Positions 1-11,600 of a DNA stretch of 64,000 nucleotides are shown here, one piece after another. The DNA is from a virus, in IMG/VR virus record IMGVR_UViG_3300037484_000104, positions 1 to 64,000 of that record; one strand, written 5' to 3'. The translations under genes were made by a program, and so were the position numbers. Positions within the stretch are counted from its first letter, which is position 1, and each line of letters begins with the position of its first letter. Below the pieces are notes generated by a model. It was not told where the DNA came from, made no database searches, and saw nothing but the letters and a program-made list of their open reading frames with translations.

Positions 1-1710
1 TCATATGAAAATTATATTAGAGCCTATGGGGATAATTCAGTTCAAGGTGCGCACGGAACTTGTGGAATAATATCTATTCCTTCTGCCATAGTGACAACTA
101 CTACAGATACTTTAGGTGTCAGATATTTTATAGCAAATTATAAGAGATATATTAAACCATATGGAGGAGCTTCTTATGAAGCTAGAACTAGAAGAACTTA
201 CTTACCAGTAAGTGATGTATTTGATGTAGTTGCTGGAAGTTCTACAGTTTTAATAACTAAGGGTGATACATTTATTTCCTGGTTTGAATATCAAAGAGTG
301 ATGGTTAGTGGACTTGATGGACAAAATGCAAAGTCAGAGTCTATGTGTCAAGTTGTTAGATTTCCAGTAGAGAGTTCTATTAATACTAGATGGCAATCAA
401 ATACTTCTTTTACTCAAGCATATAGTAATGAATCAAACATTCCTATTAATTTAAATGCTGCAATTATCCAAGAGAATGCTGGAGCATATAGTAAAGTAAC
501 AAGTACTATTACTGCTAATTATACACAAGATAAAGATTTATATAGTTATAATAGTGTATATTCTAAACAAAATAATATAACTGGTTTCTATCCTAAACCT
601 ATAGATATTACATCTAATGTAGTCTATGATTCTAGAGTTATAGCATCTGAAGTTAAAATTAATGGAGAAGAAGAAGATAGTTGGACTAAGTTTAAATTAC
701 TTAATTTTATAGATGTAGATAGTAAATACGGACCAATTAGTTCTTTAAAAACAGATAATAATAACTTGCTATTCTGGCAATCAAAGGGATTTGGAGTACT
801 ATCAGTTAATGTAAGGTCTCTTATATCAGATAATAATACAACAGCTTTGATACTTGGTACAGGAGGCGTACTAGATCGTTATGATTATATATCTACTGAA
901 GCTGGTAACATAAGTCAATTTGGTATAATATCTGGTAAAGCTGGAATATATTGGTTTGATAGTTACAATAAAACATTCTATAAATATGGACAAGGTGTAG
1001 AACCTCTATCTAAAATTAAAGGTATTCAATCCTATGTAAATACATTTGCTAATAAAGAAACTATATGTACAGGATTACATGATACTAAATTTACAGAGAA
1101 CATATTTACATTGAATAACGGAACTACTAAAACTACTATTGCTTATAACGAAATAATAGATGCGTTTACTTCATTCTATAGCTATACTCCAAGTATATAT
1201 ATAGGATTATTTGATGGTAGGTATATAACTCAGAATAATGCTGAATCGTTATACTTACATAATAATGGGATAGTTAGTGAATTCTATGGGAATACAGATA
1301 GTTCGTATATAACATTTGTATCAAATGACAACTATCAACATACTAAAATATTCGATAGTCTTAATTATAAGACTAAGGTAACAAGTGGGGATATAGAGTT
1401 ATTTGTTCAAACATTTAATACATTCAAGGTATATAATAGTAAACAAAATACTGGAATTACTAGTCTAAATACTAGTAACACAATTAAACGAGAAGGGTCA
1501 TTTAATGTAGCTATTCCTAGAAATGCTGTTAATAGTAATATAGAAACAAATGTAGATATACTTAATCCAGCTAATTTAAATACATCTAGATTATTTAGAG
1601 AACGTATTAGAGATAAATATTCAATAATAACATTAACATATGATAACACAGATGGTTATAAACTAAGTGTTCCATATGTAATAACTAATTACCGTATATC
1701 ATATAGATAA
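1..1710 (+). CDS. Tail stabilization / muzzle protein (P22 gp10-like, crAss-like), 5'-truncated
   Basis: Frame is open from base 1. Motifs WTKF..NFIDVDSKYGPI, LGTGGVLDRYDYIS, AYNE..DAFTSFYSY and ERIRDKY are typical of crAss-like stabilization proteins; position just before the cargo/RNAP genes fits. Confidence 0.8.
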   Translation, partial: SYENYIRAYGDNSVQGAHGTCGIISIPSAIVTTTTDTLGVRYFIANYKRYIKPYGGASYEARTRRTYLPVSDVFDVVAGSSTVLITKGDTFISWFEYQRVMVSGLDGQNAKSESMCQVVRFPVESSINTRWQSNTSFTQAYSNESNIPINLNAAIIQENAGAYSKVTSTITANYTQDKDLYSYNSVYSKQNNITGFYPKPIDITSNVVYDSRVIASEVKINGEEEDSWTKFKLLNFIDVDSKYGPISSLKTDNNNLLFWQSKGFGVLSVNVRSLISDNNTTALILGTGGVLDRYDYISTEAGNISQFGIISGKAGIYWFDSYNKTFYKYGQGVEPLSKIKGIQSYVNTFANKETICTGLHDTKFTENIFTLNNGTTKTTIAYNEIIDAFTSFYSYTPSIYIGLFDGRYITQNNAESLYLHNNGIVSEFYGNTDSSYITFVSNDNYQHTKIFDSLNYKTKVTSGDIELFVQTFNTFKVYNSKQNTGITSLNTSNTIKREGSFNVAIPRNAVNSNIETNVDILNPANLNTSRLFRERIRDKYSIITLTYDNTDGYKLSVPYVITNYRISYR

Positions 1711-1731
1711 TGGTTCATAAATTCACATATA

Positions 1732-3810
1732 ATGAAAAGACCTACTAAGAAAATATTAAAAAAATATCCAGGAGGTGGAGAACTGGTAATGCCTTACGAG
1801 TTAACAGGAGCAGGATTAGATAAAGAATTAGCAAATCAATCTATTGAAATGCAAAAGTTAAGTGAGAGAGGTTTAGGAAATAATGGACTCAATCCTCTTT
1901 TAGGAGTTGCTACTCAAGCTGTAGGACAAATAGGTGGAGCAATTGGATCTGCTGTTGGAAGAGCAACTACTGATAAAGACGGTAAACAATCTGCTTTAGG
2001 AGCATTTGGTCAAGGTTTTGCTGAAAAAGGATTTGGTGTACAGGGACTAATGGGAGGAGTTGGTAATTTAATTGGACTAAGTGCTAAAAATAGAGAAGCT
2101 GAAGCTATTAAACAACAGAATGAATCTAGACAACGGATGTTAAATAATTCTTATGTTAATACTGGTATACAACAAGGTTTAGTTCCAAATCAAGCAGTAT
2201 TTAAATGTGGAGGTAAATCTAAACGTAAGATGAAATATCCAGGAGGTTCTGGGTCAACACCATCTCCTCAAATAACTTCTTTACCAAAACTAGGGGATAT
2301 AGCTGGATTAGATACTACTAAGATTAATGAGATATTAAATAATGATAGAATAGCAATGTATAACTACTCATCTGCTAATGATCCTGAGCTACTTAAAAAG
2401 TATTCAGACCCTCAACAAGTTGGTAGAGCTAGTACAATATTTGCAGAAAGTAATAATCCACAAGTAAGAAGGGACTTTTTATCTGGATGGAATACCACCT
2501 ATGGTAAAGATAATAGTTATTTATATGATCCTGAAGCTAGAGGATTAGCACCATTACAATCAAATGATCCAAGACCCTCTGTACAAAAAAGATATAGTGA
2601 GTTATATAATCAATATTTCCCTGCTCAACAAACTCAAACTAAACGTCTTATGGGAGGATCAGCAATAGGATCATATGCACAAGGAGGTTACTCTGTAGAT
2701 AATAGAGGATTTGCTAATAGTGAATTAGAAGATGATGAAGTATATCGTACTCCTAAAGGTACAATGTATCAAGTTAATGGACGTACACATGCAGAAGGAG
2801 GAGAACAATTTAACTTACCACAAGGTACTGAAATACTTGGTAAGAATATAGTTCCTGGTACTAACAAGTCATATAAAGACTTTGGTGATAAATTAATGAA
2901 AGATTATAATAAGTTTACAAAGATATTATCTGAGAAACATACTCCTTTAGCTAAGAAGACAGCTACTATGATGTTAGATAAAACTCAGAAGCAATTCTCA
3001 GAATTAATGCAACATCAAGAATCTGAGAAAAGTATGTCTAGTAATCAACAGTTTGCAAAAGGTGGAGTTAAACGATATGATATAGGTGATACAACTGAAG
3101 ATCCTCAAATTACTCCACAAGACTGGATGTATAATTCAAGTAGTTGGAGAAATAAATTAAATCCACTTAATCCTGAATTTAGTAATTTAGGTTCCGATAA
3201 AATGTCTACAGATCCATATAGTAAACAACCTTTTGAGTGGCAAGATGCACTAACTGAAGCAGGTACATTAGCTCCAATAGCTTATAATTTATATCAAGGA
3301 TTATTTGGTAAAGCACAGAAACTTAACCCTAATCAATTCTATAATCCTAATGAGAATCAGTCTATGAATCTTATGAGAAGTAGGCGTTATAATGCTAATC
3401 CAGAATTAGAAAATAATAGATTACAACAATCTACTTATTTACGTAATCTTAGACAAGGGGCTGCATCACAATCACAATACTTAGGAGGGTTACAAGCTGG
3501 ATCTACTATGAAACAACGTGCTGATGCTGAAACATATGCTAGAAAACAAAATACTGATAATCAATATATAGGTCAGGAAGCAGAAATGTTAGGTAACTTT
3601 GGAACACAAAGAGCTCAGACTAATCTAACTATACAAGATATTAATGATAGAAATGCATCTGCTAAGAAATCATATATACCTACAGCATTAAGTCAATTGC
3701 AACAATATTCACAAAATGCTCGTATGACTAAGAACTTAAAAGGAAGAGATGCTCAATTAATGGACATCTATAAGAAGATGTTTAGAGGATATTCATTTGC
3801 AAAAAATTAA
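1732..3810 (+). CDS. Virion cargo/ejection protein with repeated [YF]xxGG motifs
   Basis: 692 aa, Gly/Gln/Asn-rich. Repeats YPGGG, FKCGG, YPGG, YAQGG, FAKGG plus an ELEDDE...GRTHAEGG segment resemble crAss-like cargo proteins; synteny after the muzzle gene. Confidence 0.65.
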   Translation: MKRPTKKILKKYPGGGELVMPYELTGAGLDKELANQSIEMQKLSERGLGNNGLNPLLGVATQAVGQIGGAIGSAVGRATTDKDGKQSALGAFGQGFAEKGFGVQGLMGGVGNLIGLSAKNREAEAIKQQNESRQRMLNNSYVNTGIQQGLVPNQAVFKCGGKSKRKMKYPGGSGSTPSPQITSLPKLGDIAGLDTTKINEILNNDRIAMYNYSSANDPELLKKYSDPQQVGRASTIFAESNNPQVRRDFLSGWNTTYGKDNSYLYDPEARGLAPLQSNDPRPSVQKRYSELYNQYFPAQQTQTKRLMGGSAIGSYAQGGYSVDNRGFANSELEDDEVYRTPKGTMYQVNGRTHAEGGEQFNLPQGTEILGKNIVPGTNKSYKDFGDKLMKDYNKFTKILSEKHTPLAKKTATMMLDKTQKQFSELMQHQESEKSMSSNQQFAKGGVKRYDIGDTTEDPQITPQDWMYNSSSWRNKLNPLNPEFSNLGSDKMSTDPYSKQPFEWQDALTEAGTLAPIAYNLYQGLFGKAQKLNPNQFYNPNENQSMNLMRSRRYNANPELENNRLQQSTYLRNLRQGAASQSQYLGGLQAGSTMKQRADAETYARKQNTDNQYIGQEAEMLGNFGTQRAQTNLTIQDINDRNASAKKSYIPTALSQLQQYSQNARMTKNLKGRDAQLMDIYKKMFRGYSFAKN

Positions 3811-3812
3811 AT

Positions 3813-5672
3813 ATGGGAAATATAAGTCGCTACGATAAACCTGCTGATTCAAATGTACAACAAACTTATTCCCCAATTCCTTGGGACCAGATGATGCAAG
3901 CTGGACAAATTATGGCCAAACAACATGACCAAGCAGCAGATACTCTACAAAAAGTATATGATGATACGTATAACTTAAAATATATATCTGGATCAGCGGA
4001 TGAACAGTATATAAAACAAAATGTAATACCCACTACTAAAGAAGTATTTAATAAATATATATCTGAAGATTTAGGTAATCCTATTATACTTAGACAAGCA
4101 ATGTCTGAGATTAGAAATAAAGTAGACTGGAATAAAGTTGGACAAATACAACAATCCTATACAGGTTGGCAACAACATAATCAAGATAAACGTAAACTTG
4201 CTCTAGATAACCAACTAGATCCTGATGAACAAGATTATTCTAAAGGATATGATACTACTTTACACGGTGTGTATAATAAACAATCTAGTGCTTATACAGA
4301 TCCTATTATGGAATTTAGACAGACTTATACTATACCTTTAAAAGATAGTACTATATCTGAAAGTAGGGATTCTTTAGGTAATGTTAGAATTAAATATGGT
4401 GTAGATACAAATAAATTACAAGATGTTGTTGATTCTAATATTGGTAATGTAAAAGGATCTAAACTAGGTGATAGATTATATAGAAACTATACTAGACGTT
4501 ATGGTATAAATGATGGAGATCTTAGTGAAGGACAACGAGATGAAATACTTAAAAAAGCTATGTTTGAAGCAGGATTACCAGACACTAGGGATAATATTAA
4601 ATACGATAGATTAGCTGTACCAGATGTAAATTCTGGAAGAGGTAATTCTAGTGATCAAAGTGAATCTCCTTTATCGCAAGGTCCTATGATATCACTGGCA
4701 GGAAATAAATCTTCAGATACTCCAGATATTGATGAATTAACTGGAACTAAACAAAAAGGATGGTTTAGTGGTTTAGTTAGTAGAGCTAAAGAAATGTGGG
4801 ATATGCCTCGTAATTTAAATTCTAAGGAACAAAAAGAATTTCGTAATAAAGTAGAAAAAGAAGGAGGAATAGGAGGACTTGGTGATATAACTAAACTTGC
4901 TTATATAATTGCTGGAGGTAAAAATAATGGTGTACAAGAATCTGAAAAAACAGATATGTACAAAGAAATAGAAAGACAGGCAATAAATAAGTATGGTTAT
5001 AAAGGAAATGATCCAGTACGTAAAACTAAACTAGTGGAGAACTATGTGGAAGATTTCTATACAAGAGGTAGATCTATACCTACATATGAATTACCTTCTG
5101 CTAAATTAGCTAAAGAAAATGAGGACTTATTTATAAAAAGTAATATGGCTTCTAATAGAGAATGGTTTGATCCAGAAAAGCCACTTACTAAAGAGAATAA
5201 AATGCAGTATAGTGATGTACTAGAAGAATATCCACAAGGTAAGTATCAATACTCTATTATAGGTGCTATATCTAATAATAATCCAATGTTTCCATCTGGA
5301 AGACAGATTGGGATATATAAAGTAGATGAGAAAGGTAATCCAATTGCTCTAGAGAAAACCCTATATATGGGATCTGATTTAACTGAAACATCAGCTAATA
5401 AATTTGCTAATGATTTTCATTCTGTTAATTATGAAGTGACTGGTAAAAAGGATTATGAAACTTATATACCAGGATTAGGAGTAAATGGACGTGTTCAGAT
5501 AGCTAGAAAAGAAACACCCGATGGTATAAAGATTGAACCAGAAATTCAATTTGAATACAAAGGTCAATTAAGAGTATTTGATGGTATATCAAAAGATAAT
5601 CCAACTGGTACATTTGATAGTACAGAAGAAGCTTTAAAAGAATTTAGTAAGTTTGTTAAAACATTAAGGTAA
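3813..5672 (+). CDS. Putative virion cargo protein
   Basis: 619 aa. N-terminal SRYDKPA...QTYSPIPWDQM motif resembles crAss-like structural proteins that precede the RNAP gene. Confidence 0.55.
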   Translation: MGNISRYDKPADSNVQQTYSPIPWDQMMQAGQIMAKQHDQAADTLQKVYDDTYNLKYISGSADEQYIKQNVIPTTKEVFNKYISEDLGNPIILRQAMSEIRNKVDWNKVGQIQQSYTGWQQHNQDKRKLALDNQLDPDEQDYSKGYDTTLHGVYNKQSSAYTDPIMEFRQTYTIPLKDSTISESRDSLGNVRIKYGVDTNKLQDVVDSNIGNVKGSKLGDRLYRNYTRRYGINDGDLSEGQRDEILKKAMFEAGLPDTRDNIKYDRLAVPDVNSGRGNSSDQSESPLSQGPMISLAGNKSSDTPDIDELTGTKQKGWFSGLVSRAKEMWDMPRNLNSKEQKEFRNKVEKEGGIGGLGDITKLAYIIAGGKNNGVQESEKTDMYKEIERQAINKYGYKGNDPVRKTKLVENYVEDFYTRGRSIPTYELPSAKLAKENEDLFIKSNMASNREWFDPEKPLTKENKMQYSDVLEEYPQGKYQYSIIGAISNNNPMFPSGRQIGIYKVDEKGNPIALEKTLYMGSDLTETSANKFANDFHSVNYEVTGKKDYETYIPGLGVNGRVQIARKETPDGIKIEPEIQFEYKGQLRVFDGISKDNPTGTFDSTEEALKEFSKFVKTLR

Positions 5673-5678
5673 TATATT

Positions 5679-8600
5679 ATGCCAAATACTATAGATCCTA
5701 TTACAGGATTACAAGAACATATATTTACAGACGAGAATAACGAGAGGACCTATGACCCAATTCTAGGTCCTTCTTATTCGTACTATCCAACAGAAGAAAC
5801 TGGAAATCAACTTGGTTCCAAATATGATGAATCTATCCAACCATTTGTTGATTTAGAAAAAACTAGGGGAGATAGACAATCTACTTTTGCACAATTTAGT
5901 TCAGCAATACAACAGGCTGCTGTAGGAGAAGTACTTGGAGGTACAATAGAAGGTTTAGGATACTTACTAGATGTAGAACAATACTCTAATCTAGCTAAAG
6001 GTACTGAACAAGAATTTGGTAACTGGTTTAGTGATCTAGGTAAAGGATTACGTACATGGTCAGAAGAAGCTACTCCTATATATAAAACATATGAGGATGG
6101 GGAATTTGCACCAAATAAAGCTAGTTGGTGGATGAGTAACATACCTTCTGTAGCATCAACTCTATCTCTAATTATACCATCTGCTGGAGTAGTTAGGGGA
6201 TTGTCATTATTAGGTAAAGCTACTAAGATTGGTGAGGAAATGGGATTAGCAACTAGATGGGCAGCTAAAGGATTAACTCAAGCTGTAGTATCCAGACATA
6301 TGGAAAATATGATGGCAGCATCAGGTACATTTAATGAACTGTACGAAGATGGTATATCTAAGGGAATGAGTAAAGAGGACGCTACAAAACTTGCAGCTAA
6401 TGGAGCAGCTAATACATATCAAATGGATTGGGTTATGTTAGCTCAAGACTTACCACAGTATCTCTTACTTAATAGATCTTTTAGTAAAGCATCTTTAGAT
6501 AATACTATTGCTACTGCTCGTGCTATGGGTAAATCTGTAGCCCCAGTATTTGGTAAGAAAGGTGCTGCAATTACTTGGGATATGTTGACAGAAGGTGGTG
6601 AGGAGGCTTATCAATATATAGTTGGTGAGGAAGCTAAATATCAGGCTCAGAAGGCTTTTGATCCATCAATAGAATCATCTTTCTCAGACAGACTTAGTAA
6701 TTATACTAAGAATGGAGAGCTGTGGACTAGTGCTTTCTTTGGAGCACTTGGTGCAGGAGTTACTCAAACTGCTGGTAAAGCAATTAATAAACTTACTCAA
6801 GGTATTAAAGATCCTCGTGTAGAAGATATACAGTCTTGGGGAAGTCAATTTAGTTATTGGAATCAACGATTAAAAGAAGCTCAGGAATCTGAAGACGGAT
6901 TATCAGAACGTTATATCAAAGATAATTTATGGAGCACTATAGGAACTAAAGCAGCTTCTGTAGGTAATACTCGTAATGCTATGGACTTCTTAGAAGCTAT
7001 GCAGAAACCTACTCAAGAAGATTTAGAAACGTTTGGAGTTAACGAAGATGATCTAAAAGTATTTAAATCTGAGATACCTAAAGGAGTAGAACAATTAAAA
7101 CGTATAGGTGAGTTATATAACTTCAATTCTAGAAAGTATGAACCTAATCGTGCAGCATTAGTAACACAATTACAATCTCAATTGGAGAATGGAGTAAAAC
7201 ATAGGGAAGAATTAAGTAACCGAGTAAATCAAAAGAGACAACAGCTTAATTATCTAGATGACTTATACAAAACTCCTTTTATCTCAGAATATGTTACAAA
7301 CAAAACTGAGTTAATAAATCTAAAGAAATCAATTAAGTTATTTGAGAAACTATCTACTAAAGATAATATACCTGAAAGAGAGAAGATAGCTTATACAGAT
7401 GCTTTAAATAGATCTAAGAAAGAATTAGAAGTAGTTACTACTAAAGTAAAAGAACTAAGAAGTGCATTCGACTCTAAGATAGAGAAAGGTGATACTCAAG
7501 AAATTAAAGATACTAAGAAAGCTAAACAAGAGATACTTGAACAGATAGATAAAATTACTGCTCCAGCATTAGATGAATATATGTCTACTAAGCAACAATT
7601 AGATCTATTTGACAATCATATTAAATCGTTACAAAACTCTTTATTTGATATAGAGAATGGAAAATCCATATCTACTGAAAAAGAAAGAGCTAACTACGAA
7701 GAACAGAAAGCTACTGAAAAAGCTGAGGCTAAAGAATATCTACCTACTATAGATGATCTAGTTCAAGATGATCAAGGTACTTATAAAGTTACCTCTGAAA
7801 ATGATGAGGATGATACTATTGAATTACATCTATTAGATGAGAAAGGTGAGATGATTTCTGGAGCTGCTACAAAAGTTGTTCCTAGGTCCTCTGTTGACTT
7901 ATATGCCAAAAAAGGGGATAAAGAAGCTCCTGATTCAATTGAACCTATAAATGATATAGATATACCAACTAATATACGAAATATCGACTATGAGCCTAAA
8001 AGAGGCCTTAAATCGGTTGTTGAGGCTATTACATATCGTGGAGCTAATTACAATGAACAACTAGGAAAGTTTATAACAGATACCAGAAATCAAGAGTTAG
8101 ACAATTACGTATCTAATCCTAGTAATAAGTTAGAAGGAGATGAGGTTAGTATGTTTATTGATACTAAAACTACTTTCTCTAGATTCTGGAATATCAATAA
8201 AGTAATTAAATATAAGTTAGATAAGGGGGAATTCTTAACTCCTGATGAAGCTAATAAACTACTAAACTCCTTACATCTTGTAGCTGGTAAAGAAGTATTT
8301 GATCAGGTTGTTGATAAGATGCCTATAGGAATAGTTTATAAAACTAATGAAGGTAAAGAGTTTAAAGATGGGATATACTATCATGACACTGATTATGTTG
8401 ATAAACATCTTATAGTTCCTAGTAAAGAAAAGGATCCTATTGCTTATAAGAATAAGGAAAGGGAATTAGTTAGAGATACTCGTAAGAAGATCTTGTATTC
8501 ATTACTTACTGGAAATAACGTAGTAATGTCTAATATTAAGAGAACACAAGGAGTTCCTAACAATACTAAGAATATTAACAATATTGCCACAATACTTAAA

Positions 8601-11600
8601 CAAGATCCTAATAAAGTAGAAATTGGTATAGTAGACTCTACTAATAAAGCTTGGGTGAGTGACGGTAATTACTTATCATCAGGTAAGTTACCTTATATGG
8701 GATACAGTGGGAATATCATGTTTACTACTGATAAGACTTGTGACGGCACTAAAGGTGCTATCAAAGCTAATATAGCTAAACTTACTCCTGAACATGCTGC
8801 AATATTATGGGATGCAATCTATTTAAAGAATAAGAAAGGATCTGGTGGTAATCAGGCTCAATTTATAAGAGATGATATTAAGAATCTAACTGTAGGAGAA
8901 GCTATAAATTTACTAGCTTTATATGGACCTATTACTAATTTATCACATCCATCTAATGCTGAGAAGAATATGCAGCATTTAGAAAACAAACAACTTTATG
9001 TAGAGAAAGGGTTCTTACATTTTGGTACTAATGTTATCAATTTAAGTGGTTTATATAAAGGATTAGGTGATATAAATAAAGATAGGACTAGATTCATAGA
9101 ATGGGCTACTAATAATAAGAACTATAGTGTATCTAAGAAACCATTTGGTAAGATTGGACCTACTATAAATTCACCTATTAATAGAGAATACAAATTAGGT
9201 TCGTGGGAAGCAACTAAGAATGATACACAAGCTGGTATACTTATTAAACACATGGCTCTTACTACTGATGTAGAAGAGTTTGAAAATACTGGATCTCTAT
9301 ATCACGCTCCTGTAGTAATTATAGATCCCAAATCATTAAAGTCAATACCTGGATCAACTACTAAGAAGACTCAGGCTAAAGCTACAACACAAGTTAATAC
9401 TATTCAAGCTAAGGAATCTAGTAAACCTACTACTAAAGTTAAACCTAATCTCAATGGATTAACTATAATTAAAGATAAGAATACCGATTTAGATACAGAT
9501 ATTATAGCTAATTTATCTGATGAATCTGTTATTTACAATATAACTAATACTAGTTATGAAGTAAAATCTGGAGTATACGAAACTGAAACTAAACAAGATA
9601 AACTATTTGAAATACAGAATGGTAAGTTTGTCTTATATAGTAAATCTCTAAGAGATACTTTAGGATTAGATATAAAGGGTGAGAGTGAAGAAGTTGAAAT
9701 GTCTGATACTAATATCACTAGAATTAATAGATTTCTATCTAGACAGGTTAATGTACAAGTAGATACTAAGAATACTAAAGAAAATATAATTGAAGAAGTT
9801 AAGGAATTACCTAAAGTAGAATCTAATGAAGTGATCAAACCAGAAGACTATGATCCTACTCTAACATTTGAAAATAAAGGTGGATTTGGTAGTGCTCTAG
9901 CAGATATGTTAGTACCATCAACTACTCCAGTTAAATACACTAAGTGGAATCAAAAGAAGGAATTAGGTTGGTTATCAGATAAGTTAGGTGATGTTCCTGT
10001 AGAAGTAATAGATGGATTAATCTATATAGCAAAGGGTAATAAAAAGGCATTTGGTCAATTGCAAAGAGATAGTATATTACTATCTAATGTAGCTTTACAA
10101 GGAACTACTTATCATGAGGCATTCCATAGAGTGTCAATGCTATATCTAGAAGAGTCTGCTAGACAATCTATGTATAATGAAGCTAGAATTAAGTACAAAC
10201 TTAAAGATAGTACAGATAGAAAAGTAGAAGAGTTCTTAGCTGAAGAGTTTAGAAACTACGTAATTACTCAAGAACAGCTTGGTGTAGTTGGTAAAGTAGC
10301 TAAGTTCTTTAAAGAGTTATACCAGTTAGTTAAATTAATATTTACTGGAACTAATTCATTAGAACAATCTGATATAGATAAGTTATTTAATAATATACAG
10401 AAAGGTAAGTTTAAGTACAATAAAGTATTATCTGATAACTTAAAGAAATGGATTGATAATCCTAATCTTGAATATAGGGATATCCAATTAGATCAGATAG
10501 ATAGTTATAAGCATTTTAAACAGATTATAAAAGGTTTGTCTGCTGAATTACTATCAGGAGTTAGAAGTAAGTTATTCAAAGAAGCTACTAGTAAATATGA
10601 GGTAATAGGTGTAATAGATTCTGTAGAGCAAATAAACTTTGATAAGTTAAAAAGTGATATACAAACTGGTCAAATAGGTCATTACACTAAATTAGCTAAG
10701 AATAGATTGTATGAACTAGATATGATCACTAAAGGGCAAATAAGCCCTGAATTAGCCTCACTACTGAAAGATCGTTATAAGGTTAGTGATATGAACCAGA
10801 TAAAAGAGAACTTGTCACAGGAAGCCTCTAATGCCACTAAAATCAAGGATCTGTATAAAGAGGTAATAGATCACTATGATGATATATATAAACCAGCTAT
10901 AACAGATTATATCTATTCGGAGTTATCAATTAAGAAGTTAAATGATGAGTCACAAGATGAAGAGGTAGGTAACGAGATAGTTAAGTATGATAAATCTTCC
11001 TATGAGTTTAGTGCTAAGGATAATATGCAGAGTTCTATCAAGTTCTTGGTATCTAACCTTAAACTATCTGATACAAGAAATACTGTTACTGGACTAGTTG
11101 AAATAGCTCCAATGGGAGAGGTATGGAGTAAGTTGTTAACTAACTTATCTCATCTTGACACTGTTGAAGATATGATAAAAGTATTAGATATAATAGGTGA
11201 TACAAATGCATATCAACCATATAAAGACTTATCTAAGTATCTGAAGATGTCTAGTGAATTAACTAGAACTCAATTTCAGACTACTATGAAACAACATAGA
11301 CATAATTTTATTAATACTATAGTAGAAGTTACTGATAATGATGGTCAGTTAAATTATGAGTTTAGATTCATGGATGCAGACTTACATTCTGCTTCTAGAA
11401 TGTTATTAAAGGAATGGACTGAAAACTTTATCAAAAGTGATTTCTTTTCTCAAGATAAATTTAATGATAAGTTATTTAAGAAATTACAGAGTGATTACGA
11501 TAGTGCTGTAAAAGAATTAAGAGAAGATATCAAAGGATCTATTGAATTAGATCAAACTACTTATAACGATCATTTAAATAGATTCACAGAGTTATTTAAT

